The translations under genes were made by a program, and so were the position numbers. DNA of 63,535 nt, the filler included, from Octopus bimaculoides (lineage: Eukaryota): assembly GCF_001194135.2 (NCBI RefSeq). It is 10 parts of 10 records of this genome, joined end to end, with 100 filler letters (N's around TTAATTAATTAA, not from the genome) between each part and the next. Parts side by side here need not be neighbours in the genome. Positions count along the whole stretch, not along the records: positions 37,587 to 54,745 come from NC_068981.1; 9 more parts are not named here. One strand, given 5' to 3'. Shown one piece after another: positions 40,409 to 52,300 of this stretch (position 1 is the first letter of the stretch; every line of letters starts with the position of its first letter). The notes under the pieces are model-generated. The model had not been told where the DNA came from and did not search any database. It saw only the letters and a program-made list of their open reading frames with translations.

Positions 40409-41095
40409 CGAGGGGTTACCCAAAAGTAACCGGAAACGTTCTTTGTGAGTGAAGCCCGTTCTAGTTCAGGCTTTCACCACTGGTAGCCAGTTGATGCGAC
40501 CTTGGATGATGTTGTACAGTCACGTGGTGCGTCTTTATTTTGCTTCTCTCATGTTCGCCGATTATTGCGAAATGAAGGAACAGCATGCCTCCGTCAAATT
40601 CTGTTTTCTGCTAGGGAAAACGGCGGCCGAAACAGTTCTCATGCTTCAAACAGCTTACAAGGGCGCTGCCATGAACAAAACACAAGTTTAAGAGTGGTTT
40701 TCCCAGTCTAAGAGTGGAAACCACTCTAAGAATGAAGACCAACCTTGTTCAGGGCGACCGTCAACCTCTTGAGCGATTAAAAACATCATGAAAATTCATG
40801 AACTGATCTTGGAGGGCCGCTCCGAACAATTGACGAACTTGTTGATGTGACTGGTGTGTTCTGGAGCTTCTGCCAACGAATTTTGAGCGAGGAATTGCGA
40901 ATAAAAAGAGTTACAGCAAAATTTGTGTCTCGCTTGCTCACGGAAGATCAAAAGCAGTCACGACTGAATGCGTGTCGTGAACTGAAAGAACAGTTCAAAG
41001 TTTATCCGAACCTTTCTTCGAAGGTCATCACTATTGATGAAAGCTGGTGCTACGGCTACGACCCGAAAACAAAGCTGCAATCAAGTCAATGGAAG
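40409..41095 (+). mobile_element. mariner transposon 5' half (HTH + first catalytic Asp), pseudogenised
   Basis: TA-CGAGGGGTTACCCAAAAGTAACCGG end. MKEQHASVKFCFLLGKTAAETVLML..GRPST..AKFVSRLLTEDQKQSR..ITIDESWCYGYDPKTKLQSSQWK, with internal stops and frameshifts. Confidence 0.9.
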
Positions 41096-42085
41096 ATTGG
41101 GTATATACATACTTTTGTGTTATGCTGATGACACAAAAGTATCGCAGGTAGTTAGGAATCCAAAGGACATCATAAAATTGCAGAAAGACCTGAACGAACT
41201 CTACAAATGGTCTAACAAAAATAACATGCAATTCAATGCTATGAAATTTCAAGCATTCCACTATCGGTCCAACACCAGGCTAAAACCAGAATACACTGGG
41301 CCAGAAGGTAATATAATCCCAGAGTCAGAGTTGACTCTGGGGGGTTGATGAGCTGAGGGTTGATGAGCAATGATGCAACATTCCATGTGCATATTACCAA
41401 GATGGCAACACTGTGCAGGCGAGTGGCTGGATGGATTCTGGTGACATTCAGAACCAGGAAAAGGGAAGTTCTGTTACTCCTATGGAAGACTTTCGTTCTC
41501 AGCCGCTTGGACTACTGCTCCCAACTATGGTTCCCATAGAGTGTGAAACAAACTGTGGAACTCGAAGCAATCCAGCGCCAATACTCAAAGAAGATTGACT
41601 CGATGCAAAAGATGGGCTACTAGGAGAGACTAAAGAAGCTGAGTCTCTATTGCCTGGAGAGAAAATGAGAGAGATATTCAGTGATATATATTTGGAAGAT
41701 CTTGGAATGTTTAGCTCCCAATTTTGGAATTGACAGCTATACCAATCCTCGACGGCACTGCAGCATACCAAAGATCCCGTCTTCCCCATCTAACATAAGG
41801 ACACAGTACTGCAAAAGTCTGGGTTTTAAGGGCCCGCAATTGTTCAACATCCTTCCAGGCAACCTTAGAGATCTACATGGTGATGATGTGGAAGTTTTCA
41901 AGAAACGTCTGGACAGGTTTCTATCTGAGATACCAGATGAATCAGTATCACGCAGGAGACGCAAAGAAAAGTAGCTCTATCCGACTCGCTACTTCACCAA
42001 AAACAATATCGGAAACAACACTGAGCAACTACAGGTGGTGCACCAGCATGGCCTCAGCCCTGGGCTGAAACCAGTAAAAGATAAC
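41096..42085 (+). mobile_element. CR1/L2-group LINE, 5'-truncated 3' end
   Basis: YADDTK..LQKDLNELYKWS..NMQFNAMKFQ, SRLDYCSQLW, LEAIQR, FKGPQLFNILP..FKKRLDRFL. The 3' tail has stem-loop CAGCC-CTG-GGCTG. Confidence 0.9.
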
Positions 42086-42181
42086 AGATACATATTTATG
42101 TACACACACACACACACACACACATACACACACATACACACACATATATATAAATACATGTATGTATGTATGTATGTATGT

Positions 42182-42345
42182 ATGGATGGATGGATGGATG
42201 GATGGGTGGATGGATGGATGGATGGATGGATAGGTGGATGGATGGATGGATAGATGGGTGGATAGATGGATGGATGGATGGATAGGTGGATGGATGGATG
42301 GATAGATGGATGGATGGATGGATGGATGAATGGATGGATGGATCA
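42182..42345. repeat. (GGAT)n microsatellite
   Basis: Directly visible. Confidence 0.95.
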
Positions 42346-42523
42346 GTCAATCTATCCATACACACACACCACTTTTTCCATTTCGGTGAACTTCCTAAAA
42401 ATGTGTTAAAAATACTGTTTGTTCTTCAGCGATGTATTTTCAGCGGTGTAATATACATACATACATACATACATACATACATACATACATACATACATAC
42501 ATACATACGTGTGTGTATTTGTG

Positions 42524-42840
42524 TAAGTGGCTTAGTAGTTGGGGTATTCGGTTCAGGATCGTAAGGTAGTGAGTTAGATTCCTGTCGGTGCGTTTTTTCC
42601 TTAAGCAAGACACTTTATTACACGTTGATCTAGTTCAGTCAGCTGGTAAAAATGAGTAGGACCTGTAATTCAAAAGGTCCAGCCTTGTCACATTCTGTGT
42701 CACACTGAATCTCCCTCAGAACTACGTTAAGAGTATGCGAGTCTGTGGAGTGCTCAGCCACTTACACGTTAATTTCAAGAGCAGTATGTTCCGTTGGTTG
42801 TATCAACTAGAACACTCTTCGTCGTAACCGACGGAGTCTC
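42524..42840 (+). mobile_element. tRNA-derived SINE sharing its 3' region with 15241-15634 but with a different central domain
   Basis: Degenerate A/B boxes, CCTTAAGCAAGACACTTT..CAGCTGGTAAAAATGAGTA centre, then about 180 bp homologous to the 3' part of the 15241 copy. Confidence 0.7.
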
Positions 42841-42890
42841 TCCATGTAAATATACATACATACACACACATACATACATACATACATATA

Positions 42891-42988
42891 TACGTAGATG
42901 AACTTGAACGCTACGGTTATCTGTTCACCCACTCATATATATGTGGGTGAACGCATAAGCGTAGCAGTCAAGTCTAACTACATACGTA
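42891..42988. repeat. About 100-bp imperfect palindrome (MITE/foldback-like)
   Basis: ..GCTACGGTTATCTGTTCACCCAC-TCATATATAT-GTGGGTGAACGCATAAGCGTAGC..; the arms are complementary over about 40 bp. Confidence 0.8.
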
Positions 42989-43199
42989 TTCAAAGTTCTT
43001 TTTTTCCTTAGGAAAAACAAATATAATTGAAATAAAATGTTGACTTGATGTTGTCATGCGTTAGTAAGCCGAGTGTGATGCCGTGCCTATCAAAGGGTAA
43101 TTTACTGAATTTCAGTGCAAAATTAATGAAGTGTCAATTAGAGATAAAAAATCTTTAAAAAAAGGCAGCTTATTAAACTTACTTCAAGCATACTAATAA

Positions 43200-43365
43200 G
43201 GGTTTCTAGTATAAGTACAAAAAGCCACACATTTGGAGGAGTATGGTCGATTTAATCGACTTCAGTACTTGAGTGGTACTTAATGTACCGGCGGGATATG
43301 AATTGAAAATGTAAAGAGATGTAACTATCTCCAACAGAATGTCGTTCTAACGATTTTGCCACCGT
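43200..43365 (-). mobile_element. Degenerate SINE (family of 22288)
   Basis: GGTCGATTTAATCGAC..GGTACTTAAT..CTAACGATTTTGCCA is the reverse complement of family motifs. Confidence 0.5.
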
Positions 43366-43447
43366 GTCGCCGTAGTAGCAGTAGCATCATCATCAGCAGT
43401 AGCAGTAGTAGTAGCAGCAGTCACAGCAGCAGCAGCAGCATCAGCAT

Positions 43448-43489
<42 letters not shown>

Positions 43490-43929
43490 TAGTAATAACA
43501 GCAGCAGTAGTAGTAGTAGTTGTTGTTGTAATATGAACAAACGCCAGCACAGTCAAAATAATATTCAGTGACCATTAGTGAAAGCCAGGTATAAATTATA
43601 GGAGTACATTCATTCAAGACAGTGTTGGATATTTGAAGTGCGTGTTTGACAGGAGGTTTCTTTTGCATGGTTCTGAAATATCTTTCGCTGTCTTGTAGAT
43701 CCTTTAATTCGATCAGAATCTGCCAGATGGTTAACTTCACTAGAATCCAAATTTTCTTCAGACTCATTGGAGTTACTTTTTGCATCAATATTGTCCTTAG
43801 AATCAGATGCTGTAGCGGGAATATTGTCTAGTGCTTCTCTCAACAATGACTGTCCAGTTTTTCAGTATTTTCAGTCACGTCCAAAACACAACCTCTTTTG
43901 CAACAGCCACCAAACAGAAGAAAACTACC

Positions 43930-44766
43930 TAATCTTTCCAGCCGAGAGCAAGCAGCAGGGTGACTTTCACAATGGAGTCGGCCGATGACCGGGTCCGTTC
44001 CACACGCGATAGCAGCTGTTCGACATAAGTCTACAAGTCAGCAATTCTACCTGTATTCCCGCAACTGCTTTTGACTTTTTACAAAATTCCACCTCTTTCG
44101 AGAGGCACGACGGGCCATTGAGGTAGGTGTTGAAATTCATTCTGCGTTCCGGCCCGCCACTCGTCGCGAACACTGAAGCAAAGTACTGTTCAAAGGCCGC
44201 ACAGATCTGTTTGGTGTCGAGTAACATGCGCCCGTTTTGGTCCACCAAAGACCGAATTACGCCTTTGTTACCACGTTGCACCTCTGCCATTTGGTCCCAT
44301 TGAACGGCCTTCGTCCCTTGTGACTTAAGAGCACGCGTCTAAGCTCTGACGGCGTAATCTTCGTACTTCCCATTGAAGGACTGGTTGCATGCCAAACACC
44401 CTGTAAGCTCCTCAAGTGTGATGCTTTTCTTAAGCACCTCTTCTAAGTTTTTAAGTAAAGCCTCTCACTATTCTAGTTTTCTCTATCGCTATAACCTTAC
44501 TGAACCTTATAGATTCTACTCTAATCGACTTTTTCTAGGCGTTTTTGGCGATTGCTTCCGTCAAAACCCACTTAACTAATCTAATTTGGTCTCTAAGTTG
44601 ACGTACCCGGAGCGATGTGTTCAGCTTCCAGTAACAGAGTCCCTGCCTACGAAGCCTATCTAGGTCAATTGTACAGATCACAAGCTCGTAATATGTGACC
44701 GACGAGATTAAAAATGATGGACAACGTATACAATCCTTAACTACGGGCCTTTAGAATAGTCTAGAT
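43930..44766 (-). mobile_element. L1/Tx1-like ORF2 remnant (end of endonuclease + linker), interrupted by a hAT element
   Basis: Minus strand RPVVKDCIRCPSF, YWKLNTSL, RFSKVIAIEK, AEVQRGNKGVIRSLVDQNG..ICAAFEQYFA. Homologous to the 19150 and 26670 fragments. Confidence 0.8.
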
Positions 44767-46067
44767 CAGTGGTTCTCAACCTGGAGCCAGCGGTCCCCAT
44801 GAGGACTGCGAAGCGATTTTGCGGGGATCGCAAAGGCATTGGAAGTTTTTTCTGCAATTGAGTGACAAATCTCCAACAATTTTAGAAATTTTTTACACCA
44901 AAAAATAATCGTATGTTCATAGTGGGTATTTGTATGCATACTCAATTCTCACGTGCATTGCCGTAGAATATAGTATGCTGGTAGCTTGGCAATACCTGTC
45001 TAGACATGCACGATAAGGTCACACTCGCGGGTGCCCGCATGCATATATAGCGCTCTGTATCGGCTGGCAATTTTGGTCTCAAGTGAGTGGTCTGTTATTA
45101 TGCATGCAGCTTTAAAACACTATTTATTCATAGTGCAACTTGATTAAGCAGACTTTCCTTTTTGCAAGTGGTCTTGTACGCACGTGTGATTTCATCAACT
45201 TCAATTGGTCTCAGACGATTTACCGTTACAGAGAAATTCATCATCTTCGTAATCTAATGTAAGTTTACATACACTGTTTTATGTTATCGTGCGTTAAGGT
45301 TATGATTACTCGATCATGATTCATTTTCAAAGTAAATTATGCTATCAAGTCGAATTTTGCCAAATCGAATGTGAAAATGTAGTTTATCAATTACCATTAG
45401 TTGCACGGTTGACACCATGTAAATTTCTGGGTTTTTTTAAGAATGAATCCAAGAAAGAAAATGAAATACGACATATCCTTCTTGAAATTTGCCTTTACTG
45501 TTATAATTTCAAATGAGGAGGAGAGACCGCAGTGCGTTCTGTGTTCCGAGGTTTTGGCATCATCTTCTCTCAAACCTAGCAAGTCAAAGCGACACTGGGA
45601 AACAAAACACCCTGGCTTTGTTGACAAAAAGGAGGATTTTTTCAGACAAAAAGCTGATGCTCTGATACACTCTAGACTTGATGACACGGGAAGTTTTTCT
45701 TTTGATATTGCTTCTGGTCTCAAAACGTCTTACGAAATTTCGAAAAAAATCGCTACCACAAAAAAGCCACACAACATTGGAGAACAACTGATCTTGTCTT
45801 GTTGCAGAATGATTATTTCAGATGTTTTCGGCCAGTGCGAGCTTTCAAAACTGAAACATATCTCCCTTTTAGATGACACCGTCAATAGACGAATCGCCGA
45901 ATTATCTGAAAATATCCTTTCCCAAGTGGTGGCAAAAATAAAGAATTCCACGTTTAACTTTTTTTCTATCCAACTTGATGAATCTACGGATATCGCGAAT
46001 ATGGCTCAACTGTGCATCTTTGTACGGTATATTCACAATAAGAGTATGGAAGACGATTTTCTGTTTT
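44767..46067 (+). mobile_element. hAT (Charlie/Buster) transposon, left TIR + 5' half of transposase
   Basis: TIR CAGTGGTTCTCAACC at 44767. ORF from 45443 has a BED finger (RPQCVLC..KRHWETKH), KPHNIGEQLI, and FSIQLDESTD..QLCIFVRY..FLFC. TSD GTCTAGAT at 44759-44766 and 46068-46075. Confidence 0.9.
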
Positions 46068-46135
46068 GTCTAGATACAAACTTGATGGCCCAATGCAGAT
46101 TATCCATGTTCACATTGTGTGGGAGCCCTCGTAAA
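46068..46135 (-). mobile_element. Upstream continuation of the Tx1-like endonuclease beyond the hAT insertion
   Basis: Minus-strand PHTM*TWIICIGPSSLYLD aligns to PNVPMWTWTNRIGSSRSYLD of the 19150 fragment. Confidence 0.7.
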
Positions 46136-46194
46136 TATATAGCTTTGAATTACAGATACCATCCATCGAAAAAGGGATAAGCTACCCAAGTAGT

Positions 46195-46335
46195 GGACTA
46201 GTTCTTTATTGGAGAACTAATAGAATGAAATGTAAGGTGACCTCGATATAGTTTGAACTCGAAACGTCAAGAGCCGAGACGAATAATACGAAGTTATCTA
46301 TCCGACGCTTTAACGATTCTATCAATTCACCATCT
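46195..46335 (-). mobile_element. Degenerate SINE (family of 22288)
   Basis: AAGGTGACCTCG..TTTGAACTC..CTTTAACGATTCTATCAATTCACC matches the reverse complement of the family head. Confidence 0.5.
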
Positions 46336-46857
46336 GACAATTATGGGTATCCTCAATAATAGAAATCGTTTATAATTTCAGTTTCAAAATTCATGGTATG
46401 TTGAAAAAGACGTGACTATTCGACTGCCAACATTACCAAAGCAACATTGCTCTGGACATCAATTTGTACCGAAATACTGAATACATTAGTATTTATGAAA
46501 GTGCACGAAGTATAATATAATTGCACGATCTTAACGGATCTGAATGATATGTGGTCTGTAACAGACCGCCAGCTGTAAAACTCTAGCTTCCTCTTTCCTT
46601 TCTATATAAACATAATAATTACGTACGTGCACGCTCTCGCTTACAGGGAGACCTGAAAACACACATACATAACATACTAAAACACACATATACATATGCT
46701 ACATAATACACACATGCCCACACACACTCATACATGTGCGTGCGGCTGTTTTTATACATAACTATGCGCAAAAATAAGCATGAATATATCACTTATGTAT
46801 AAGAATGTAAATGTATATAATCATACATAAAAAAAACAAGCGCACACGCGCACACAC

Positions 46858-46890
<33 letters not shown>

Positions 46891-47191
46891 TGAATGTATA
46901 TAAATTCATGAGCATGTGCCTGTGTGCGCTCACGTATGTGTCGCATGCCGGAGTGTGTAGTGCGGGCATTAGCTAACCAGAGAGAAGTTATAGCTGGAAG
47001 GTAGGGTATCTGTGCGTCAGCATCGTCATTCGATCAGCTATCTACTTGATATAGAACTACTCGATCAGGGTTGACCCTGGGCTACACAATAACTACATCA
47101 ACAAATGCCACATGACATCATGCACTATAATGATTGCCATATGATATCAGATGCTTTTCTAAGCTTTCAGTCGTTATCTGTTATTCCTTTC

Positions 47192-47239
47192 AACCCACTG
47201 ATGAATAGGTAGGCTGCACGAAACATTTAAGCATGGGTT
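47192..47239 (+). ncRNA. Degenerate type I hammerhead ribozyme-like motif
   Basis: AACCCA-CTGATGA-(15 nt)-GAAAC-ATTTAA-GCA-TGGGTT: perfect 6-bp stem I and intact CUGAUGA/GAAA core. Stem II is eroded and the cleavage triplet reads GCA. Confidence 0.45.
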
Positions 47240-47897
47240 TGTGATCCTGGTTACCGCATATACATATATTCATAAATAGATGCAAACATATGCACATTCA
47301 TACATTCATCCACGCAGAAATACATATAAACACACACACATACAAGTATTCATAAAAGCATACAATCATACATGCACACATGATCTTTTTGTTTTTAATT
47401 TTTTGCGTCTTCATTCAATCTGCTTCTTCCGATATCTGCTCGATACAGATCATAATAAAGTTCACAAAAGAGAATTTGAGTGCTATGAGATGAGAATCCA
47501 TATGTTTTGGAGAGGGCGTTTCGTCAACGATAATTTGATTAGACATTATTATTTTCAATAATAGTTTGAACCGAAGTCTCAGTCATCTAATACATTGAAA
47601 TGGTTAGCATAAATACTATGGTGTGCGGTCTCTCTCTCTCTCTCTCTCTCTGATGATATTAAGATAACTTTTCTCCAATATTTTACTAATATTAATCACA
47701 TCAAAACTAAACATAAAAATCCACCTTTTCCTCGTACTTATCTCCATCAAAACCGGTGAAGTGAGATATTTATAACCCATACTTTATGCTGTATATCGAC
47801 CTTTAATTTCCGTTTTGTTTCTTTCCATCCTTTAAAATATTCAGAGACAGAACTCGTTTCTTTTCATATCTTCGGTGAATTAAGAACAGAAGAACAG

Positions 47898-48030
<133 letters not shown>

Positions 48031-49230
48031 NNNNNNNNNNNNNNNNNNNNNNNNNNNNNNNNNNNNNNNNNNNNNNNNNNNNNNNNNNNNNNNNNNNNNN
48101 NNNNNNNNNNNNNNNNNNNNNNNNNNNNNNNNNNNNNNNNNNNNNNNNNNNNNNNNNNNNNNNNNNNNNNNNNNNNNNNNNNNNNNNNNNNNNNNNNNNN
48201 NNNNNNNNNNNNNNNNNNNNNNNNNNNNNNNNNNNNNNNNNNNNNNNNNNNNNNNNNNNNNNNNNNNNNNNNNNNNNNNNNNNNNNNNNNNNNNNNNNNN
48301 NNNNNNNNNNNNNNNNNNNNNNNNNNNNNNNNNNNNNNNNNNNNNNNNNNNTTTACAAGACAGTCGATGGAATGGTTTGGAATGAACCGCTAAAACAGAA
48401 CTCGGTCGAATTCTGGAATTCTTAGGATCTATAAAAAAAAAAAAAACATGAAGGAAGTAAGGGTGGGGCCAGAACTGGGATTTAAATATATCAGTGTATA
48501 TAATTCTAAAAAAAAAAATTGAACGTAAATATAAGAGAGACGGGGAAGAGAAGGGGAGGGAGAGGGAATGATTTCGTGAATTATTTTAAATTTGAGGTTA
48601 TCGCTAATGCACGACAGAGCTTGGCAATGAGATGGACTCTTATATACAGCGATTATTAAGTAATAATTTTAAAATGGAAGTATAGAGGTAAATGGTGAAA
48701 CACACCAAGCCGAAGATATAATTAATAGTGGAAGTGCTGAAAATTACTGGCATGGCGGTTTTTATCGTTGGAATCAAGGATTTATAGTCGTTGTTTAGTC
48801 AGATGAACTCTGATCAGACCTTTAATATTTGTCGACCAAGAGATTTTCACTCAGACAAAAACCACAGTATCATACTTTTCAACTGTGCATATACATGTAG
48901 CATGATATACAGATGGCGATATTAACTTAATGCTATTTCAATTGCGTTCACTGAGTTTTTTGCCGCTCATCAAGCTTTCGGAAATACTAATGAATATGTT
49001 ATTCTCTGCTTCCTATATATCGAAACACGAAATTTGTCTAAGCAAGTAACAAATAGGTTGCACGGCTTTGAGAAACCTCTCAGAAGGGAGAAACGCGTCT
49101 GTCGTTCACCTGAGTCACTGCTGCGATGATGTTCGCCTCGCTCTTATATATATGTATTTGTGTTTTTAAACTTCTGTGCAGCATTATGCCTTTAAACAGT
49201 AGATATACGTTTAGTATAATACACAAATGG

Positions 49231-49263
<33 letters not shown>

Positions 49264-49273
49264 NNNNNNNNNN

Positions 49274-49334
<61 letters not shown>

Positions 49335-52300
49335 AATGGGCATATATGGGTATGTATACATATGTGTGTGATTGTGAGTGTGTGCATGCGTGTATATATG
49401 TGTGTGTGTGTGTGTAAAGAAGATGCTAACCCTTCATTTACTTTTGGTGAATGTAACTTTGACCAGGAAAAATTGTCTTCTTCAGATGGTATCCGATAAT
49501 TGTTGATTGTTTCAACCCTGCCCCATATGACCCCCGCCCCCCGTTGATGGATCGGCAGTGGTGATCAAATCACTTCTCATCTTTTCCTGCTTTCCAGCTT
49601 AACTCATTCCTCTTACTCTATATCCATTATTTTTTTTCCCCTGTCGAGTGTATTTCTGAAGATAGCGATAATCTTGTACAATGAGTTTGTATTATGAATA
49701 CAGATACCTGATGTCCATTATTCAGGAATAATGTTAAAATTTCTATATTAATATATTCCTCCATGAATGCACTTCCTTTCTATGAATATTCTTCCGCATT
49801 ATGAACATAAGTTTGTTTGCAGCCCCTCTTTCTATTCACTCTGCCATTTCTCATCATCTCACTTTGCTTTCTCTTGCAACGTCTTAAGAGCATTTTTCTC
49901 AATCGTTTTCTCTATTTTACAATTAGTTGTTGCTAATAGCAAAAATTATCTATTGGATTAATTTTTACTTGAGAATTGAATATTCTTTTCCTCATACTGC
50001 CACTTCTGAACAGTATTAAATAACGGAAGGAAAATTGGAAGTTCAGATTTAATAATCGAAAAAGATTTCTTTCTCTAGCGCTGAATATCAGTAACTCTGA
50101 ATTTTTCAAATTACTGAAATAACTTTTCTTTTTTCTGCACTTTTATTAAATGAATTTCTTTTTCTTTCTTTCATTAAATGATGGACGTCGTCTCGATAAA
50201 TAGCATTTTGGGCAAAGCAATTAAATTAAGAAAGTAAAATTCTGGTTTTTTTTTATATCGTATTAATCAAGTTCTGTGAATGCTCACTGGGTGGGAAATT
50301 ATAAAATCTTTACAATACTTTTGTGTAGGCTATTCGATGACAACTTTCTATAATACGTGCATTGTCATCGTAATCGCTGCTATAAATTTGCTATTGCAAT
50401 AGTAGTTGTTGCTACTGCTGTTGCTGCTGTTGTTATTGTCGTTATAGAGATGATATTGGTAGTCTTGTCGTATTTTTTCCAATGTGGACACTTTTTTTCA
50501 TATTTATTCATTTATCTTCTTTTTTTCCCTATAGAAATCGCTATGTCCAACAAATTACATTAAGAAAGACAGCGTATACAAGGAAAATAATGAAGAATGG
50601 GGAACGAAATAAAAAGGATCTGTTGCCGGAGAAAAAATGTGGAAAAAATACACACATACAAAAACAAAAATCCTTACCCCATTCGATTTATATTCGTCAT
50701 CAATACAGCATAATTATCGTCATTTTTATTTATTTATTTATTTTATTTGTAAATTTTTTAGTAGAATTCTTCCTTTTCACTAGATTTCACTATTAATCGG
50801 AAACTTATCTTCTAGCTACAAAACAAAATTCTAGATTTATGAAAATTTCATGGTTGAATTCCAATATTACTATAAATATCGACATAATATAAGCACGTGA
50901 GCAATACATTCAAATGATTGTTCGTTTGTATTTGTACACCTTTGTGTGGGATGACAGTAGGCATTGTGTGCGTATTTGTTTGTACATTATGTATAAATGT
51001 ACAGTGTGCGTACCTATGTGTGAGGCATTCGTTCAATTCATACAGTATTCATTGCGTGTTCCTTGTCGATTAATTGAAATCGGTCTGCAGCAGTGGAAAA
51101 TAGGTTCTTTCCCAATGGTATAAGAAATGTACCGAAGTGCTTCTATAAGTTGGATAAATTACCAGAAATGCGACGATTGGTAATCTGATTGCAATCATCC
51201 AATACGAAAGTCGATACTGATTGACTTCAGATCTTTAAAACTTTTATTGTATGGGTATTTTAAGTGCAGTAAATGAATTTAGAGTTAACATTCATTCTTA
51301 TAAAGACATAAAATCTCAATTTTCAAAGAATTTATCGGAGGAATGAGGAAAAAAAATGGAGAAATTAAAATGAGAAACCATATTGTTGGCGTCGTGGTGT
51401 TGATGATAATGCGGATGATGATGATGAGGAGGANNNNNNNNNNNNNNNNNNNNNNNNNNNNNNNNNNNNNNNNNNNNNNNNNNNNNNNNNNNNNNNNNNN
51501 NNNNNNNNNNNNNNNNNNNNNNNNNNNNNNNNNNNNNNNNNNNGGAGGAGGGGGAGGAGGGGGGAGAAGGAGGAGAGGAGGAGGAGGACATCAATGACGA
51601 TGACGACGGACGACGGCTACGATGATGGTGACGAAGACAACGACAACAACGACGATGATGGTGCAATAATAACAATATAAGAGAAATATTTTTGCAACAC
51701 AACCACAATATAACTCAAGGCTCCCTCAAATGGCGCCAGTAAGATTTATATTGTTACTTAAATTATTTAAAAATTGCTAAACCGAAAATTATACAATTAT
51801 AACTTTCAGTATCACGAAAGAACATTTAAACATGCTATGGTCAGAGGAACAGTTTGTAAATACTTGCAAATATTTAAGAATGATAATCAGATAAGAGTTA
51901 GATCTCATTCGGGCTAAGACACAAGTCTACCGCATTTAACATTCCCAGAAGATTAGATAGTTTGGTTATTAAAGTGTACTGAATCAAGTGTTTTGCCTGG
52001 GAATAAAAAAAAAATATGCCTGTATTAGTTTTGGGTTGAAGCTCATTGAAATGTTAATCCAACATTTTATCAGTCATTACAAAATCACAGCAGCCAGTCA
52101 TTATAAATTCATTAAGAAAATGTAGAGTTATATGTCACACAAAAGTATTACCTAAAATTAACGCTATCTCTATATCAATAATTTAGTTTAATCTACGAAT
52201 TATTTATTAACAAAAATGATAAAGCAATTTGTAAAGAAGGAACATTATGATAAAAAAAATAACACTTGTACGAAAATGTGTATAAAATACAGTTCATGCA

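Noticed and set aside
43610-43846. Acidic minus-strand ORF resembling a transposase N-terminus
   Set aside because: Only compositional similarity; no catalytic motif or TIR was recognised.
45443-46180. Domesticated ZBED/Buster host gene
   Set aside because: The ORF keeps a transposon TIR and TSD, is truncated after the first catalytic Asp, and its last about 35 codons run into unrelated LINE sequence.
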